The notes below the pieces were generated by a model. That model saw nothing but the letters and a program-made list of their open reading frames with translations, made no database searches and was not told the DNA's origin. Source: Abditibacterium sp. (GTDB lineage: Bacteria > Armatimonadota > Abditibacteriia > Abditibacteriales > Abditibacteriaceae). From it: 64,000 nucleotides of DNA. The position numbers and the translations under genes were made by a program. The stretch covers positions 2,176,001-2,240,000 of the forward strand of contig CBDASK010000003.1 in assembly GCA_965199495.1 (NCBI GenBank), read 5' to 3'. This document shows positions 48,182-57,337 of the stretch, one piece after another (position 1 is the first letter of the stretch; every line of letters begins with the position of its first letter).

Positions 48182-49834
48182 TTATCCGCGTTTTTCCAGC
48201 CATTGCTTCAATTGCGCCGCGCTCTGGCAATTGAAAATATCGCCTTTTTCGCACCACGCGCGGCGCGCGACGGAAATGCCGAATTCGATATTGCCCAACA
48301 TTTTGGGCGAATGCGCGTCGGTATCAATGCAGAGTTTGACGCCCGCTTCTCGCGCGGCAAACGCGTGTTCGTCCTTCAAATCCAAACGTTCCGAAGCGTT
48401 GATTTCCAACACCGTCCCACTTTTGTGGGCGGCGGCGATTAAAGCAGCCACGTCCACGTCGTAGGGCGCGCGGGCGCCCAGAACGCGGCCCGTCGGGTGG
48501 CCGATCATGTCAACGTGCGGGTTTTGGATGGCTTTAATCATGCGCGCGGTTTGCTCTTCGATGGGCAGGTTAAACGCCGAGTGAACCGAGCCGACGACCC
48601 AATCGAGTTCGCTCAAGATGTCGTCGTCCAAGTCCATCGAGCCGTCGCGCAGGATGTCGCATTCGACGCCGCGCAAAATCAATAATTCGGGAAACTGCGC
48701 GCGCGCCGCTTCGATTTCCTGCGCCTGTTCGCGCAGACGCGCCGCGTTCAAACCGTTGGCCATCGCCAGCGCTTTGGAATGATCGGTGACGGCGAAATAC
48801 TCGTAGCCATGCTCAGTCATCGCGCCCGCCATCTGCGCGATAGTCGCCACACCGTCGCTCCATGTCGAATGCGTGTGCAAATCGCCGCGAATATCGCGGA
48901 CTTCGACCAAATTCGGCAGTTCACCCGCGCGCGCCGCCGCCCATTCGCCCCGGTTTTCGCGCAGTTCTGGCGCGATATATTGCGCTTTGGCCGCCGCATA
49001 TAACGCGTTTTCATCGGCATATTTTTCTTCAAAGATCTGCCCGCTCAAGTGCGCAGAACTGCCGGTTTGTTGCCACAAAACTGTGCCGAATTCGGCGGGC
49101 ACTGCGACGATTAACTCGACTTCCATGCCGGTCAAAGTGCGCGCTTTGAGCCTGTTTTCGTCGCGCTCACTGACTTCGCCAATAATTGGCAACGCGGCGA
49201 AAGCATCGAGAACCACCGCGAAATCGTCCGAGCGCGCGACGAAATTCAGGTTGCCGATGGTCTCGCAGCCACGCCGCACGCTTCCGGCGATTCGCAGTTC
49301 GACTTTGGGCATCATTTCGGCGAAAGCGTGTTCGATTTTATCGGCCAAAACCGTGGCGCGCGTCAAAGGCATACGCGCCGAAAGTTCGGCCATGCGGCGC
49401 AACGAAATTTTCAAGTTCTCGATAGTTTTTGGCCCAAATCCGCTCACGCCTTTGAGTTCGCCATTATCGAGCGCCGTCGCGAATTTTTCCAGCGAATCGA
49501 TATTTTTCTCTTGGTAAAGCAGCTTGACTTTTTTGGGGCCGAGGCCGGGCACGCGCAAAACTTCTAAAAGTCCGGGTGGGTTTTCGCGGCGCAGGTGTTC
49601 CAATAATCGAATTTGTCCGGTCGCGCCCCACTCGCGCGTTTTGGCGATAGTCGCGGCGCCCAGACCTTCGAGTTTTTCCAAATCTTCGTCGGTCGCGTCT
49701 TCGATGGCGCCGGGATAATCGGCGACGGCTTCGGCGGCGCGGCGGTAAGCGCGAATTTTGAACGGGTTATCGCCGCCGAGTTCGAGGTAATCGGCGATCT
49801 CTTCAAAGGCATTGGCCAGAGCGACGTTTTGCAT
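48182..49834 (-). CDS. polX: DNA polymerase X/PHP with non-canonical polymerase site
   Basis: NPFKIRAY, VPGLGPKK HhH, GSVRRGCETIGNLNF; PHP motifs DLHTHS, TDHS, HPTGR and DTDAH. Confidence 0.93.
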   Translation of the reverse strand: MQNVALANAFEEIADYLELGGDNPFKIRAYRRAAEAVADYPGAIEDATDEDLEKLEGLGAATIAKTREWGATGQIRLLEHLRRENPPGLLEVLRVPGLGPKKVKLLYQEKNIDSLEKFATALDNGELKGVSGFGPKTIENLKISLRRMAELSARMPLTRATVLADKIEHAFAEMMPKVELRIAGSVRRGCETIGNLNFVARSDDFAVVLDAFAALPIIGEVSERDENRLKARTLTGMEVELIVAVPAEFGTVLWQQTGSSAHLSGQIFEEKYADENALYAAAKAQYIAPELRENRGEWAAARAGELPNLVEVRDIRGDLHTHSTWSDGVATIAQMAGAMTEHGYEYFAVTDHSKALAMANGLNAARLREQAQEIEAARAQFPELLILRGVECDILRDGSMDLDDDILSELDWVVGSVHSAFNLPIEEQTARMIKAIQNPHVDMIGHPTGRVLGARAPYDVDVAALIAAAHKSGTVLEINASERLDLKDEHAFAAREAGVKLCIDTDAHSPKMLGNIEFGISVARRAWCEKGDIFNCQSAAQLKQWLEKRG

Positions 49835-49909
49835 ATTCTCAGTTTAAACCGCGACTTTGGGGCCAGCATTTTGCAAGTTGATATTGTCACCTCAAAAGGA
49901 GAAATCACC

Positions 49910-50143
49910 ATGAAAAATCATATTTTGGAGTTGTTTGCCATCGGTCTCATTGGCGACGGCGTTTTGGGCGTATTGTTCCCCAAAGGCCACGCGCGCCTGT
50001 GGAAAATTGGGCCATCGGCTTTGCAGGATGCCACCGAGAAATTCGCCGAAAACCCCGACGCCACGCGCATTCTCAGCCTCGCCGAAATCATTATCGGCGT
50101 CGTGCTGGCGTTCGCGCAACACGAAAGTTGGGAAGAAAGTTAA
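49910..50143 (+). CDS. Small membrane protein
   Basis: AGGAG SD; MKNHILELFAIGLIGDGVLGVLFP...; two hydrophobic segments. Confidence 0.75.
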   Translation: MKNHILELFAIGLIGDGVLGVLFPKGHARLWKIGPSALQDATEKFAENPDATRILSLAEIIIGVVLAFAQHESWEES

Positions 50144-50257
50144 TCTGAGGGAACAGGAGACAGAATACAAGGGAGACAGGAAGATTTGGGGCGACAATTT
50201 GAGTTGTCTTCAATATACCTGTCTCCCTTGTATTCTGTCTCCTGTTCCCTCAGATTA
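50141..50257. repeat. Perfect 40-bp inverted repeat with heptamer-like subunits
   Basis: TAATCTGAGGGAACAGGAGACAGAATACAAGGGAGACAGG (50141-50180) and its exact reverse complement (50218-50257). Confidence 0.9.
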
Positions 50258-50273
50258 TACTTTCCTCCCGATT

Positions 50274-51302
50274 ATGCCCGCTTCCGCCACTTCAACTCCC
50301 TCTGCCACTCCACTTTTTGGGCGCGCCCGACGCTTGTTGGGTTGGCAGGGCTACATCGCGCATTTGCCCGATGATTGGAATCCCGGCAAGTTCGCGGGCA
50401 AGCGCACCAACGGCGATATTCGCGTAGACGATGAAGACGGCATTCGTATGGAATTGCGCTGGGAAGAAACTAACAAGACGCCCGACGTGGATAAGAGCGT
50501 CGGCAACTTCTTGAGTCAGTTGGAAAAGGGTGCCAAAAAACGCGACGAAGCGTTCGCGATTGATGAAAACGCGCATACGGTTTCCAAAGGCCGCAAGCGC
50601 AAAGAACAAGTCACCAGTTTCGGTTGGATCGGCGCGCCGGGCGCGCAATCGTCGTGCGGTTATGGCGCGGCGTGGAGTTGCCCCGTTTGCAAACGCGTGA
50701 CTTTCGCGCATATCATCGGGCACGCGGGCGAAAAACCCGCCAAAATTATGCGTCTGGCGGGCGAAATCCTAACCGATATGGAATGCCACGGCGAAGGCGG
50801 CTGGGACACTTGGGGCGCCTTCGACTTGCAGCTCGAAGTGCCGACCGAATTCGAGTTGAAAAGCGCACAACTGTTGCTCAACAAAATTGACATCGAATGG
50901 ACGCGCGCGCGTCCCAACGGGCTTTACGGTTGGGGTCGCCGCGCCGAACGCGTGCGGATTCAGCGCTTTCCGGTCGCCAACGTTTTGCTCGATGGCAAAG
51001 ATTTAAAAGAGTGGAGCGATTGGAATATTCAAAGCAAGAACAAACAATTGGATTTGCGAGAAGCCACGCCGGACGAGTTCAATGGGCACGAAGGTTTGTT
51101 TTATCGCGGCCCGGTCAAAGATTTGAAGCAGCGATTGGGCGTGTGGTTTTTCGATATTCTGCTGCGCCGCCGCACGCCGCAAGGCGAAGTGCGCGTGTGG
51201 GATTGCCCGGATTCCAACCGAATTTACGTGTTGGAAAGCGAAGTTTCGCCAGTCAATGCTCATGTGCCCGCCGACGTTCTGGACGCGATGGCGTGTCATT
51301 GA
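50274..51302 (+). CDS. Hypothetical protein
   Basis: Long ORF with normal codon usage; Trp-rich with a CPVC motif. Confidence 0.75.
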   Translation: MPASATSTPSATPLFGRARRLLGWQGYIAHLPDDWNPGKFAGKRTNGDIRVDDEDGIRMELRWEETNKTPDVDKSVGNFLSQLEKGAKKRDEAFAIDENAHTVSKGRKRKEQVTSFGWIGAPGAQSSCGYGAAWSCPVCKRVTFAHIIGHAGEKPAKIMRLAGEILTDMECHGEGGWDTWGAFDLQLEVPTEFELKSAQLLLNKIDIEWTRARPNGLYGWGRRAERVRIQRFPVANVLLDGKDLKEWSDWNIQSKNKQLDLREATPDEFNGHEGLFYRGPVKDLKQRLGVWFFDILLRRRTPQGEVRVWDCPDSNRIYVLESEVSPVNAHVPADVLDAMACH

Positions 51303-51509
51303 TTTTTTCTTTGCCGTCGGTCAGCCTGTCAGGATGCGATAGTCACGTATCTGCCGAAATGTATGGAATAAACGGAAGACCTCGCGATAATTGCGGTATT
51401 CAGTGAAGATTTCATTTTCATTCCATGCGTCCGTTGGTAGGTTTGGCGCGTTTATATTGGCGATGTGCCCTCGCGATTTGTCGCGTCAAATTTTCCATTT
51501 TTCCCGATT

Positions 51510-53609
51510 ATGAATTCCCGTTACGTTCGGCCCACCGTTTTTCTCTGTGGAGCGTTGTTGGTCGGCGCGCAATCGGCGCCCTTTGTTCGCGCGCAAGCTC
51601 TTCCTGTTAATGCGCCGACGGGCGCGGATTTGGCCAGCCGCATGAGTGGCGATTTGCGCGCGCGTTTGGAAAAAGGCACCGATTTGCTCAACGAGGGCGA
51701 TGCGAGCAGTGCGGGCGAACTGCGCGACATCGCGCAAAGCGCGTTGAAGACGTTGCAAAGCACCACCAAAACCGATGTTTTGAGCGCCAAACCCGGCAGT
51801 TTGCCGGGCGATGCCGTCACCGCCGGGCTGGCCGAACAGACCGCGCGCGCCCACTATCTGTGGGGCGTGGCTGCCACGCGCTTCGCGAAACGCGACGAAG
51901 CGATTACAGCGCTGGCGCGCGCGCGCCGTTTGGTTGGTGCCTCGGCGGGCGCCGACCAAAACAGCACTTTGCTGCGCGACATCAACCTCGAACTGAACAA
52001 AGTTTTGGGCGACGGCTTGCCCTTGATTGCGCCGACCGATGTTTTGGCCGACATCGCGCAATTGGTTCACGGCGATTCGTGGACGCCGCGCTCGTTCGAG
52101 TTTGCCGAAAGAAATCAGGCAATCGGCGGCCCTTCCGTTCAAAGTGCGGATGGCGAACAATTGTTGGTGACCGACGGCCAGCTTTTCCCGCCGCCTTTGC
52201 CCGGCGCGAACGACATCGCGCCGCGCACACCCGCGCTTTATAGTTCGCTCGATGCCACACAGTTGCCCGCTTCGCTCAAACTCAACAAAATGGTCGCCGG
52301 TTATGCGCGCCAAGCGGATGGCCCCAACCAAGGCCAATGGCGCCAAGTCGTGCGCGTTTTTTACGCCTCGGAGCGCCTGACGCAAGAAAAGCGTGCCGAC
52401 TTGCCGCGCGCGCGCGCTTTGGCCGAACAATTCCTCAAAGTTCACCAATATTACGAGAATGAACTGGGTCTTTCCAACTTGTATGCGCAGGGCGACCGCG
52501 ACGCTGGCGTGACAACTTTGTGGCTGCTGGAAGTTTCGGCGTTGTGGCCGCAAGACGATAAAGACCCGCGCGTTCTGGCGCAATTGGGGCCGCTGATGCC
52601 CTCGGTTAACACCGGCAAAACCACGCTCAACTCCGCGCCCGAAACCACAGCGCTGATGCGTCCGTGGACGCCGATTGCGGGCAACGTGGACAGCGCGCCC
52701 GGCGAAATCCTGTTTTGGAAAGCCGGATTGGAGCGCCCCGAAGCCGAGTGGCTGCGCGAGCTGTTCCACGAATACGGTCACGTCGCGCTGCCGCCCATCG
52801 GCGGTTTTCGCCCGCCGCTCGAAGCCTACGCCAACGGCTTCATGGGCGAAACGCTGGGCATGATGTGGGCCGCCCAATCGCCCGCCGAATTCGCGCTGTG
52901 GGTGCAGGATAACTCGGCCCTGTCGGATTTCGCGCCGCGTGCCATCGCAACAGCAGCTACGGCGAACGCTGCGATTAAAACCGACGCGATGCAAACCGAT
53001 TTGCGCGCGGGTTTCGCCGAGCATCTGCAAACTCACGCCATTCCCGCGCGCGCGTTGTTCGTGGCCAACGGCCCCAACTCGCCCATCGCCGAAGCGGGCG
53101 ATGAGCGCGCCTTGCTTTACGTCAGCGGCCTCGCCGTGATGCTGGAGCGCGTTTATGGTGCGCCCATGCTGGGCCGCGCGTTCCAGCCGTTGGCCCAAAG
53201 CGCCAGCCAAACGGTGGGCGCCGCCGCCCGCCGTGGCTTGTTGCGTCCGGGCAACTTATTTAGTTCCATCGAAACAACATGGCAATCGCCGTGGCAAGCC
53301 GATAAAACGTTGCCGATTTGGTTGCCGGGCGCGATGAACGTCAAATTAGAAGCGCAAACTTTGGTCAATCGCGGCGCGGTTACTTTGCCCAAAGGCGCGC
53401 GCGCTAACGTCTGGCTGTGGGTGCCGCCGGGCACCGCCGAACTGCGCATCGAAGGCAAAGGCGCCGGAAATTTGAGCGCCTTGGGCACGCCCTTCGCCGC
53501 CAAAGGCGACTTGGCGCGCGTTTATTTCGCGGGTAATGGCTGGCAGAAATTTACTCTGGTCGCGCAAGATAACGCGACAATTAGCGCGTCGAAGTTTTTG
53601 CGCAAGTAA
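51510..53609 (+). CDS. Secreted protein with HEXXH zinc-metallopeptidase motif
   Basis: Signal peptide; helical TPR-like N-region; LFHEYGH followed by LEAYANG (gluzincin-like). Confidence 0.75.
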   Translation: MNSRYVRPTVFLCGALLVGAQSAPFVRAQALPVNAPTGADLASRMSGDLRARLEKGTDLLNEGDASSAGELRDIAQSALKTLQSTTKTDVLSAKPGSLPGDAVTAGLAEQTARAHYLWGVAATRFAKRDEAITALARARRLVGASAGADQNSTLLRDINLELNKVLGDGLPLIAPTDVLADIAQLVHGDSWTPRSFEFAERNQAIGGPSVQSADGEQLLVTDGQLFPPPLPGANDIAPRTPALYSSLDATQLPASLKLNKMVAGYARQADGPNQGQWRQVVRVFYASERLTQEKRADLPRARALAEQFLKVHQYYENELGLSNLYAQGDRDAGVTTLWLLEVSALWPQDDKDPRVLAQLGPLMPSVNTGKTTLNSAPETTALMRPWTPIAGNVDSAPGEILFWKAGLERPEAEWLRELFHEYGHVALPPIGGFRPPLEAYANGFMGETLGMMWAAQSPAEFALWVQDNSALSDFAPRAIATAATANAAIKTDAMQTDLRAGFAEHLQTHAIPARALFVANGPNSPIAEAGDERALLYVSGLAVMLERVYGAPMLGRAFQPLAQSASQTVGAAARRGLLRPGNLFSSIETTWQSPWQADKTLPIWLPGAMNVKLEAQTLVNRGAVTLPKGARANVWLWVPPGTAELRIEGKGAGNLSALGTPFAAKGDLARVYFAGNGWQKFTLVAQDNATISASKFLRK

Positions 53610-53633
53610 AAGTTGAATGTCGCATCTGTGAAA

Positions 53634-53720
53634 ACGCAAAAACAGAACCCGGAGCGGAAGCGACGTGGCCAAAGTTACATTTAAGCCACGTCGCTTCCGC
53701 TCTGGGTTCTGTTTTTGCGT
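53634..53720. repeat. Paired inverted element, AGCGGAAGCGAC family (copy 2)
   Basis: ACGCAAAAACAGAACCCGGAGCGGAAGCGACGTGGC...GCCACGTCGCTTCCGCTCTGGGTTCTGTTTTTGCGT. Confidence 0.9.
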
Positions 53721-53745
53721 AAGTCCTTACTAAAACTGGCCTTCA

Positions 53746-54075
53746 TCAATCCGCCGCGATTTCATCGGCGATTTGGCTCATCGCGATTTCGTTCGTCAAA
53801 ATTTTGTCCACGCCCGCCGTTCTCGCCGTGCGCCATAATTCGACTTCGCGATGACCGCAAAACGCCCAAATTTTCGCTCCATCAAACCGTTCGCGTAGCG
53901 TCGCGATTTGCGAGGCTCCGTCGAGCGAGCGCGAACCCAAATTGAAAACGACGAAATCAAATTTGCCGGATTCAGGCGCCAAACGGCCCGATTTAACGGT
54001 GTGCCCGGCGGCGCGCAAATTGTTTTCGATGCGCATGGCGCTCATCAAATTGTCATCTAAAAGCAGGATGTTCAT
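53746..54075 (-). CDS. Single-domain pseudo-receiver (CheY-like)
   Basis: MNILLLDD...FDFVVFNL...AGVDKIL; Asn at the phospho-Asp position. Confidence 0.75.
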   Translation of the reverse strand: MNILLLDDNLMSAMRIENNLRAAGHTVKSGRLAPESGKFDFVVFNLGSRSLDGASQIATLRERFDGAKIWAFCGHREVELWRTARTAGVDKILTNEIAMSQIADEIAAD

Positions 54076-54086
54076 GGGAAATTTGA

Positions 54087-55034
54087 TTAATCCGCGCGCA
54101 AAACGTTGATTGTGGCGACGACGCTTTCGCCCAGCGCATCCAAATTGTAACCGCCTTCCAAAATTGCGACTAACTTGCCGTCGCACAACTCGTCGGCCCA
54201 ATTTTTCGTAGCGGCGACCAAATCGGCGAAATCGGCGGCTTCAAGCTGCATCGAAGCCAGTGGGTCTTGCGCGTGCGCATCGAAGCCCGCCGAAAGCAGA
54301 ATCAGTTGCGGCTGGAAAGCGCGCACCTGTCCGCCGACCTGTTGCCAGATTTGCCGGTAGATTTCGCCGTCGCTACCCGGCGAGAGCGGATAATTGATCG
54401 TCGCGCCTTCGCCCGCTCTGCTGCCGGTTTCGCCGCGCGAACCGGTGCTGGGAAAGAGCGGCGATTGGTGCAGCGACACGAAAAGCACGCTTGGATCGTC
54501 ATAAAAGATTTGCTGCGTGCCGTTGCCGTGATGCACATCGAAATCGAGAATCGCCACGCGTTCGATATTGGCTTCGCTTTGCGCCCAACGAGCAGCCACG
54601 GCGATGTGATCGAACAGGCAAAAGCCCCACGGCGAATCGGAATCGGCGCCGCTTTCGGCGTGATGGCCGGGCGGACGCGCCGCCACAAACGCGTTGTCGA
54701 ACTCGCCATTCAGCACCGCGCGCGTCGCGGCGATGGCGGCGCCGCTCGCCAGTTTCGCGACTTCAAACGAATGCGGCCCCACGTTCGTATCGCCGTCGAG
54801 CCAACCGTCGCCCGCGCGCGCCAGCTCTTTGACGCGCTCGATGTGCATCCGCGTGTGGCAGCGCGCCAAGTCGTTTTCGCTCGCGCTCTCGAACGTCGGA
54901 TGCGCCAATTCGTCCCACAAACCGGCTTCGCGCAGAGCGGAGTTGATGGCTTCCAAACGCTCCGGGCGTTCGGGATGGCCCGCGCCGTTGAAGTGCAGCG
55001 CGAAATCGGGATGCGTGTAAAATGCGGTCTTCAT
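54087..55034 (-). CDS. Histone deacetylase family protein
   Basis: HPERPER, RPPGHHA, DFDVHHGNGTQ, SAGFDAH and LEGGY motifs. Confidence 0.95.
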   Translation of the reverse strand: MKTAFYTHPDFALHFNGAGHPERPERLEAINSALREAGLWDELAHPTFESASENDLARCHTRMHIERVKELARAGDGWLDGDTNVGPHSFEVAKLASGAAIAATRAVLNGEFDNAFVAARPPGHHAESGADSDSPWGFCLFDHIAVAARWAQSEANIERVAILDFDVHHGNGTQQIFYDDPSVLFVSLHQSPLFPSTGSRGETGSRAGEGATINYPLSPGSDGEIYRQIWQQVGGQVRAFQPQLILLSAGFDAHAQDPLASMQLEAADFADLVAATKNWADELCDGKLVAILEGGYNLDALGESVVATINVLRAD

Positions 55035-55051
55035 CGGGGAGTTTGCAATAT

Positions 55052-55270
55052 GTTTAAAGAGGGCGAATTTTTGAGGCACTGGTGGCCCCCTCCCCAGCCC
55101 TCCCCCGTTCCGGGAGAGGGAGCTACTTGCAAGAGAGTAAAAATCACTCTAACTAACTTTGAACAAAGTTGAACGAACATTATAATTTTCTCGAATGTGC
55201 TCCCTCTCCCGGAACGGGGGAGGACTGGGGAGGGGGCCACCAGTGCCTCAAAAATTCGCCCTCTTTAAAC
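55052..55270. repeat. Paired inverted element, CCCTCTCCC family (about 70-bp arms)
   Basis: GTTTAAAGAGGGCGAATTTTTGAGGCACTGGTGGCCCCCTCCCCAG...GGGAGAGGGAGC and a near-exact reverse complement. Confidence 0.9.
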
Positions 55271-55289
55271 CCAAAACTCAATCGCTGCC

Positions 55290-56156
55290 CTAACCAATCG
55301 CGAGGTTATCAATCAAGCGCGTTTTGCCGACGAAGACCGCCGCCAATAAGCGCGCTGGTTCGTCGCCCAACGTTTCCAGCGAATTGAGCGTTTGCGCGTC
55401 CACGACCGCGATATATTGTGGGCGCAAGAGCGGTTGCGTTTCCAAAACGGCGCCGACGGCTTCGCCGATTTTGGACACGTCGCGCTCGCCATTTTTGGCC
55501 CATTGCACGCCGGTTTGCAGCGCCTGATAAATCGTGGCGGCGGCGGCGCGTTCTGGGGGCGAAAGATAGGCGTTGCGGCTCGACATCGCCAGCCCATCGG
55601 CTTCGCGCAACGTCGGAACGGGCACGATTTCCAGATCGAAATTGAGGTCGCGCACCATCGTTTGCACGACGCGTAGTTGCTGGAAATCTTTCTCGCCGAA
55701 ATACGCTCGGTGTGGATTCGTGATATTGAACAATTTGGCGACGACCGTCGCCATGCCGCGAACGTGGCCGGGGCGCGTGACGCCTTCCCACATCTCGTCG
55801 AACGGCGAAACCTCGACATAACAACCGTGCCCATTCTCGCGCCCTTCGCTCGAATCGCCATACATCGCGCTGGCGTCGGGCGCAAAAATCGCGTCGCAAC
55901 CGGCCTCGCGCAGCAAGTCGCAATCGCGCTCGAAAGGGCGCGGGTAGGCGTCCAAATCTTCGTTTGGCCCAAACTGTTTGGGATTGACGAAAATCGAAGC
56001 GATAAAGCGCTCGTTTTCGGCGCGCGCGCGACGGCACAGTTCGAGATGGCCTTCGTGCAACGCGCCCATCGTCGGCACGAAACCGATGCTTTGTCCGGCA
56101 CAGCGCCAATGGCAAATCATCTGCTGCATCGCTTTGGGTTGAGTCAAAATTTCCAT
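55290..56156 (-). CDS. panC: Pantoate-beta-alanine ligase
   Basis: VPTMGALHEGH, SIFVNP, FGEKDFQQ, GLAMSSRN and TRLIDN motifs. Confidence 0.97.
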   Translation of the reverse strand: MEILTQPKAMQQMICHWRCAGQSIGFVPTMGALHEGHLELCRRARAENERFIASIFVNPKQFGPNEDLDAYPRPFERDCDLLREAGCDAIFAPDASAMYGDSSEGRENGHGCYVEVSPFDEMWEGVTRPGHVRGMATVVAKLFNITNPHRAYFGEKDFQQLRVVQTMVRDLNFDLEIVPVPTLREADGLAMSSRNAYLSPPERAAAATIYQALQTGVQWAKNGERDVSKIGEAVGAVLETQPLLRPQYIAVVDAQTLNSLETLGDEPARLLAAVFVGKTRLIDNLAIG

Positions 56157-56186
56157 GATTTTATCCGAGAATCCCCACATTTTTAA

Positions 56187-56321
56187 TTGTCATTCTGAGC
56201 GTAGAGAGGAACGAACGAAGTCGAAGAATCCATAAAGTGAAAGTTGCTTTAAATTTTTGCGGCGCCTCAAACGCATGAATTCTTCGACTTCGTTCGTTCC
56301 TCTCTACGCTCAGAATGACAA
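56187..56321. repeat. Paired inverted element, GTCATTCTGAGC family (copy 2)
   Basis: TTGTCATTCTGAGCGTAGAGAGGAACGAACGAAGTCGAAGAAT...ATTCTTCGACTTCGTTCGTTCCTCTCTACGCTCAGAATGACAA. Confidence 0.9.
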
Positions 56322-56336
56322 CATTGGACATAAAAA

Positions 56337-57200
56337 TTAAAACGGTTGTTCGTCCAACGGCTGCGTTTGGGCGGCTTCGTCCCACAATTGCAACTCTTCG
56401 TCGCTCATTTCCCAGCCGTGTTGCGGTTCGGGAAATGAGCGCGTTTGCACTTGCGTGACATAGGCGCCAATCGCTTCATTCCACAGATGCGCGGTGTCAA
56501 CAAAACTTTTGGCGAAACGAAAATTACGCGGCGTCAAACCCATCGCGTCGTTCCACACCAAAATTTGGCCGTCGCAACTCGCGCCCGCGCCAATTCCAAT
56601 TGTCGCAATCGTCGCGGCGCCGGTAATGCGCGCCGCGACAACCGTCGTCATCGCTTCCAAAACAAGGGCAAACGCGCCGCGATTTTCGATCCACTGCGCT
56701 TGCTCCAACAACTGCGCGCCCTCCATCGCGGTGCGGCCCTGCACGACGTTATCGAATTTTAACACCGATTGCGGCGTGAAGCCGATGTGTCCCATGACCG
56801 GCACGCCGATTTCGCTCAATTTCTCGAAAACTCCGGCGGGCGTGCCCTCGACTTTGACGGCGTGCGCGCCCGCTTGTAGCAACCTTACCGCGCCCGTGGC
56901 TGCTAATTCGGGCGTGGCCGCGCTGCCAAAGGGCATATCGGCGATGATAGCCACGTCGGGTCGTTGCGACGCGCGCACGCCGCGCGCGACGGCGCCCGTA
57001 TGAAGCGCGATGTCGTCGAGCGTGACCGGCAACGTCGAATCGTAACCGAGCAGAGTATTGCCCATCGAGTCGCCGACCAAAATCGCGTCGAGTCCGGCGT
57101 TGCAAGCGATGCGCGCGCTGGGCGCGTCGTAGAGCGCGAGCATGGACAGGGGAACGGAATCGCGTTTCTTGCGCGCGAAAATTTGCAGCGGTGATAACAT
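56337..57200 (-). CDS. panB: 3-methyl-2-oxobutanoate hydroxymethyltransferase
   Basis: LVGDSMG, ADMPF, VKVEG, GHIGFTPQ and IGIGAG..CDGQILV motifs. Confidence 0.96.
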   Translation of the reverse strand: MLSPLQIFARKKRDSVPLSMLALYDAPSARIACNAGLDAILVGDSMGNTLLGYDSTLPVTLDDIALHTGAVARGVRASQRPDVAIIADMPFGSAATPELAATGAVRLLQAGAHAVKVEGTPAGVFEKLSEIGVPVMGHIGFTPQSVLKFDNVVQGRTAMEGAQLLEQAQWIENRGAFALVLEAMTTVVAARITGAATIATIGIGAGASCDGQILVWNDAMGLTPRNFRFAKSFVDTAHLWNEAIGAYVTQVQTRSFPEPQHGWEMSDEELQLWDEAAQTQPLDEQPF

Positions 57201-57337
57201 GAAGCGCCACGCAGTTTAACGCGCGTAGGCCAAGAGGCCCGACAAATTTTGCGGCTCGATAATCAATCGATCTTGGAAAACTACGGCAAAACTGAATTGA
57301 TGAATGAGACTATTGAAGACAAAATTTATCAAATATT

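Noticed and set aside
3122..56321. Repeats as a CRISPR array
   Set aside because: They are dispersed inverted pairs, not direct repeats with regular spacers, and no cas genes are present.
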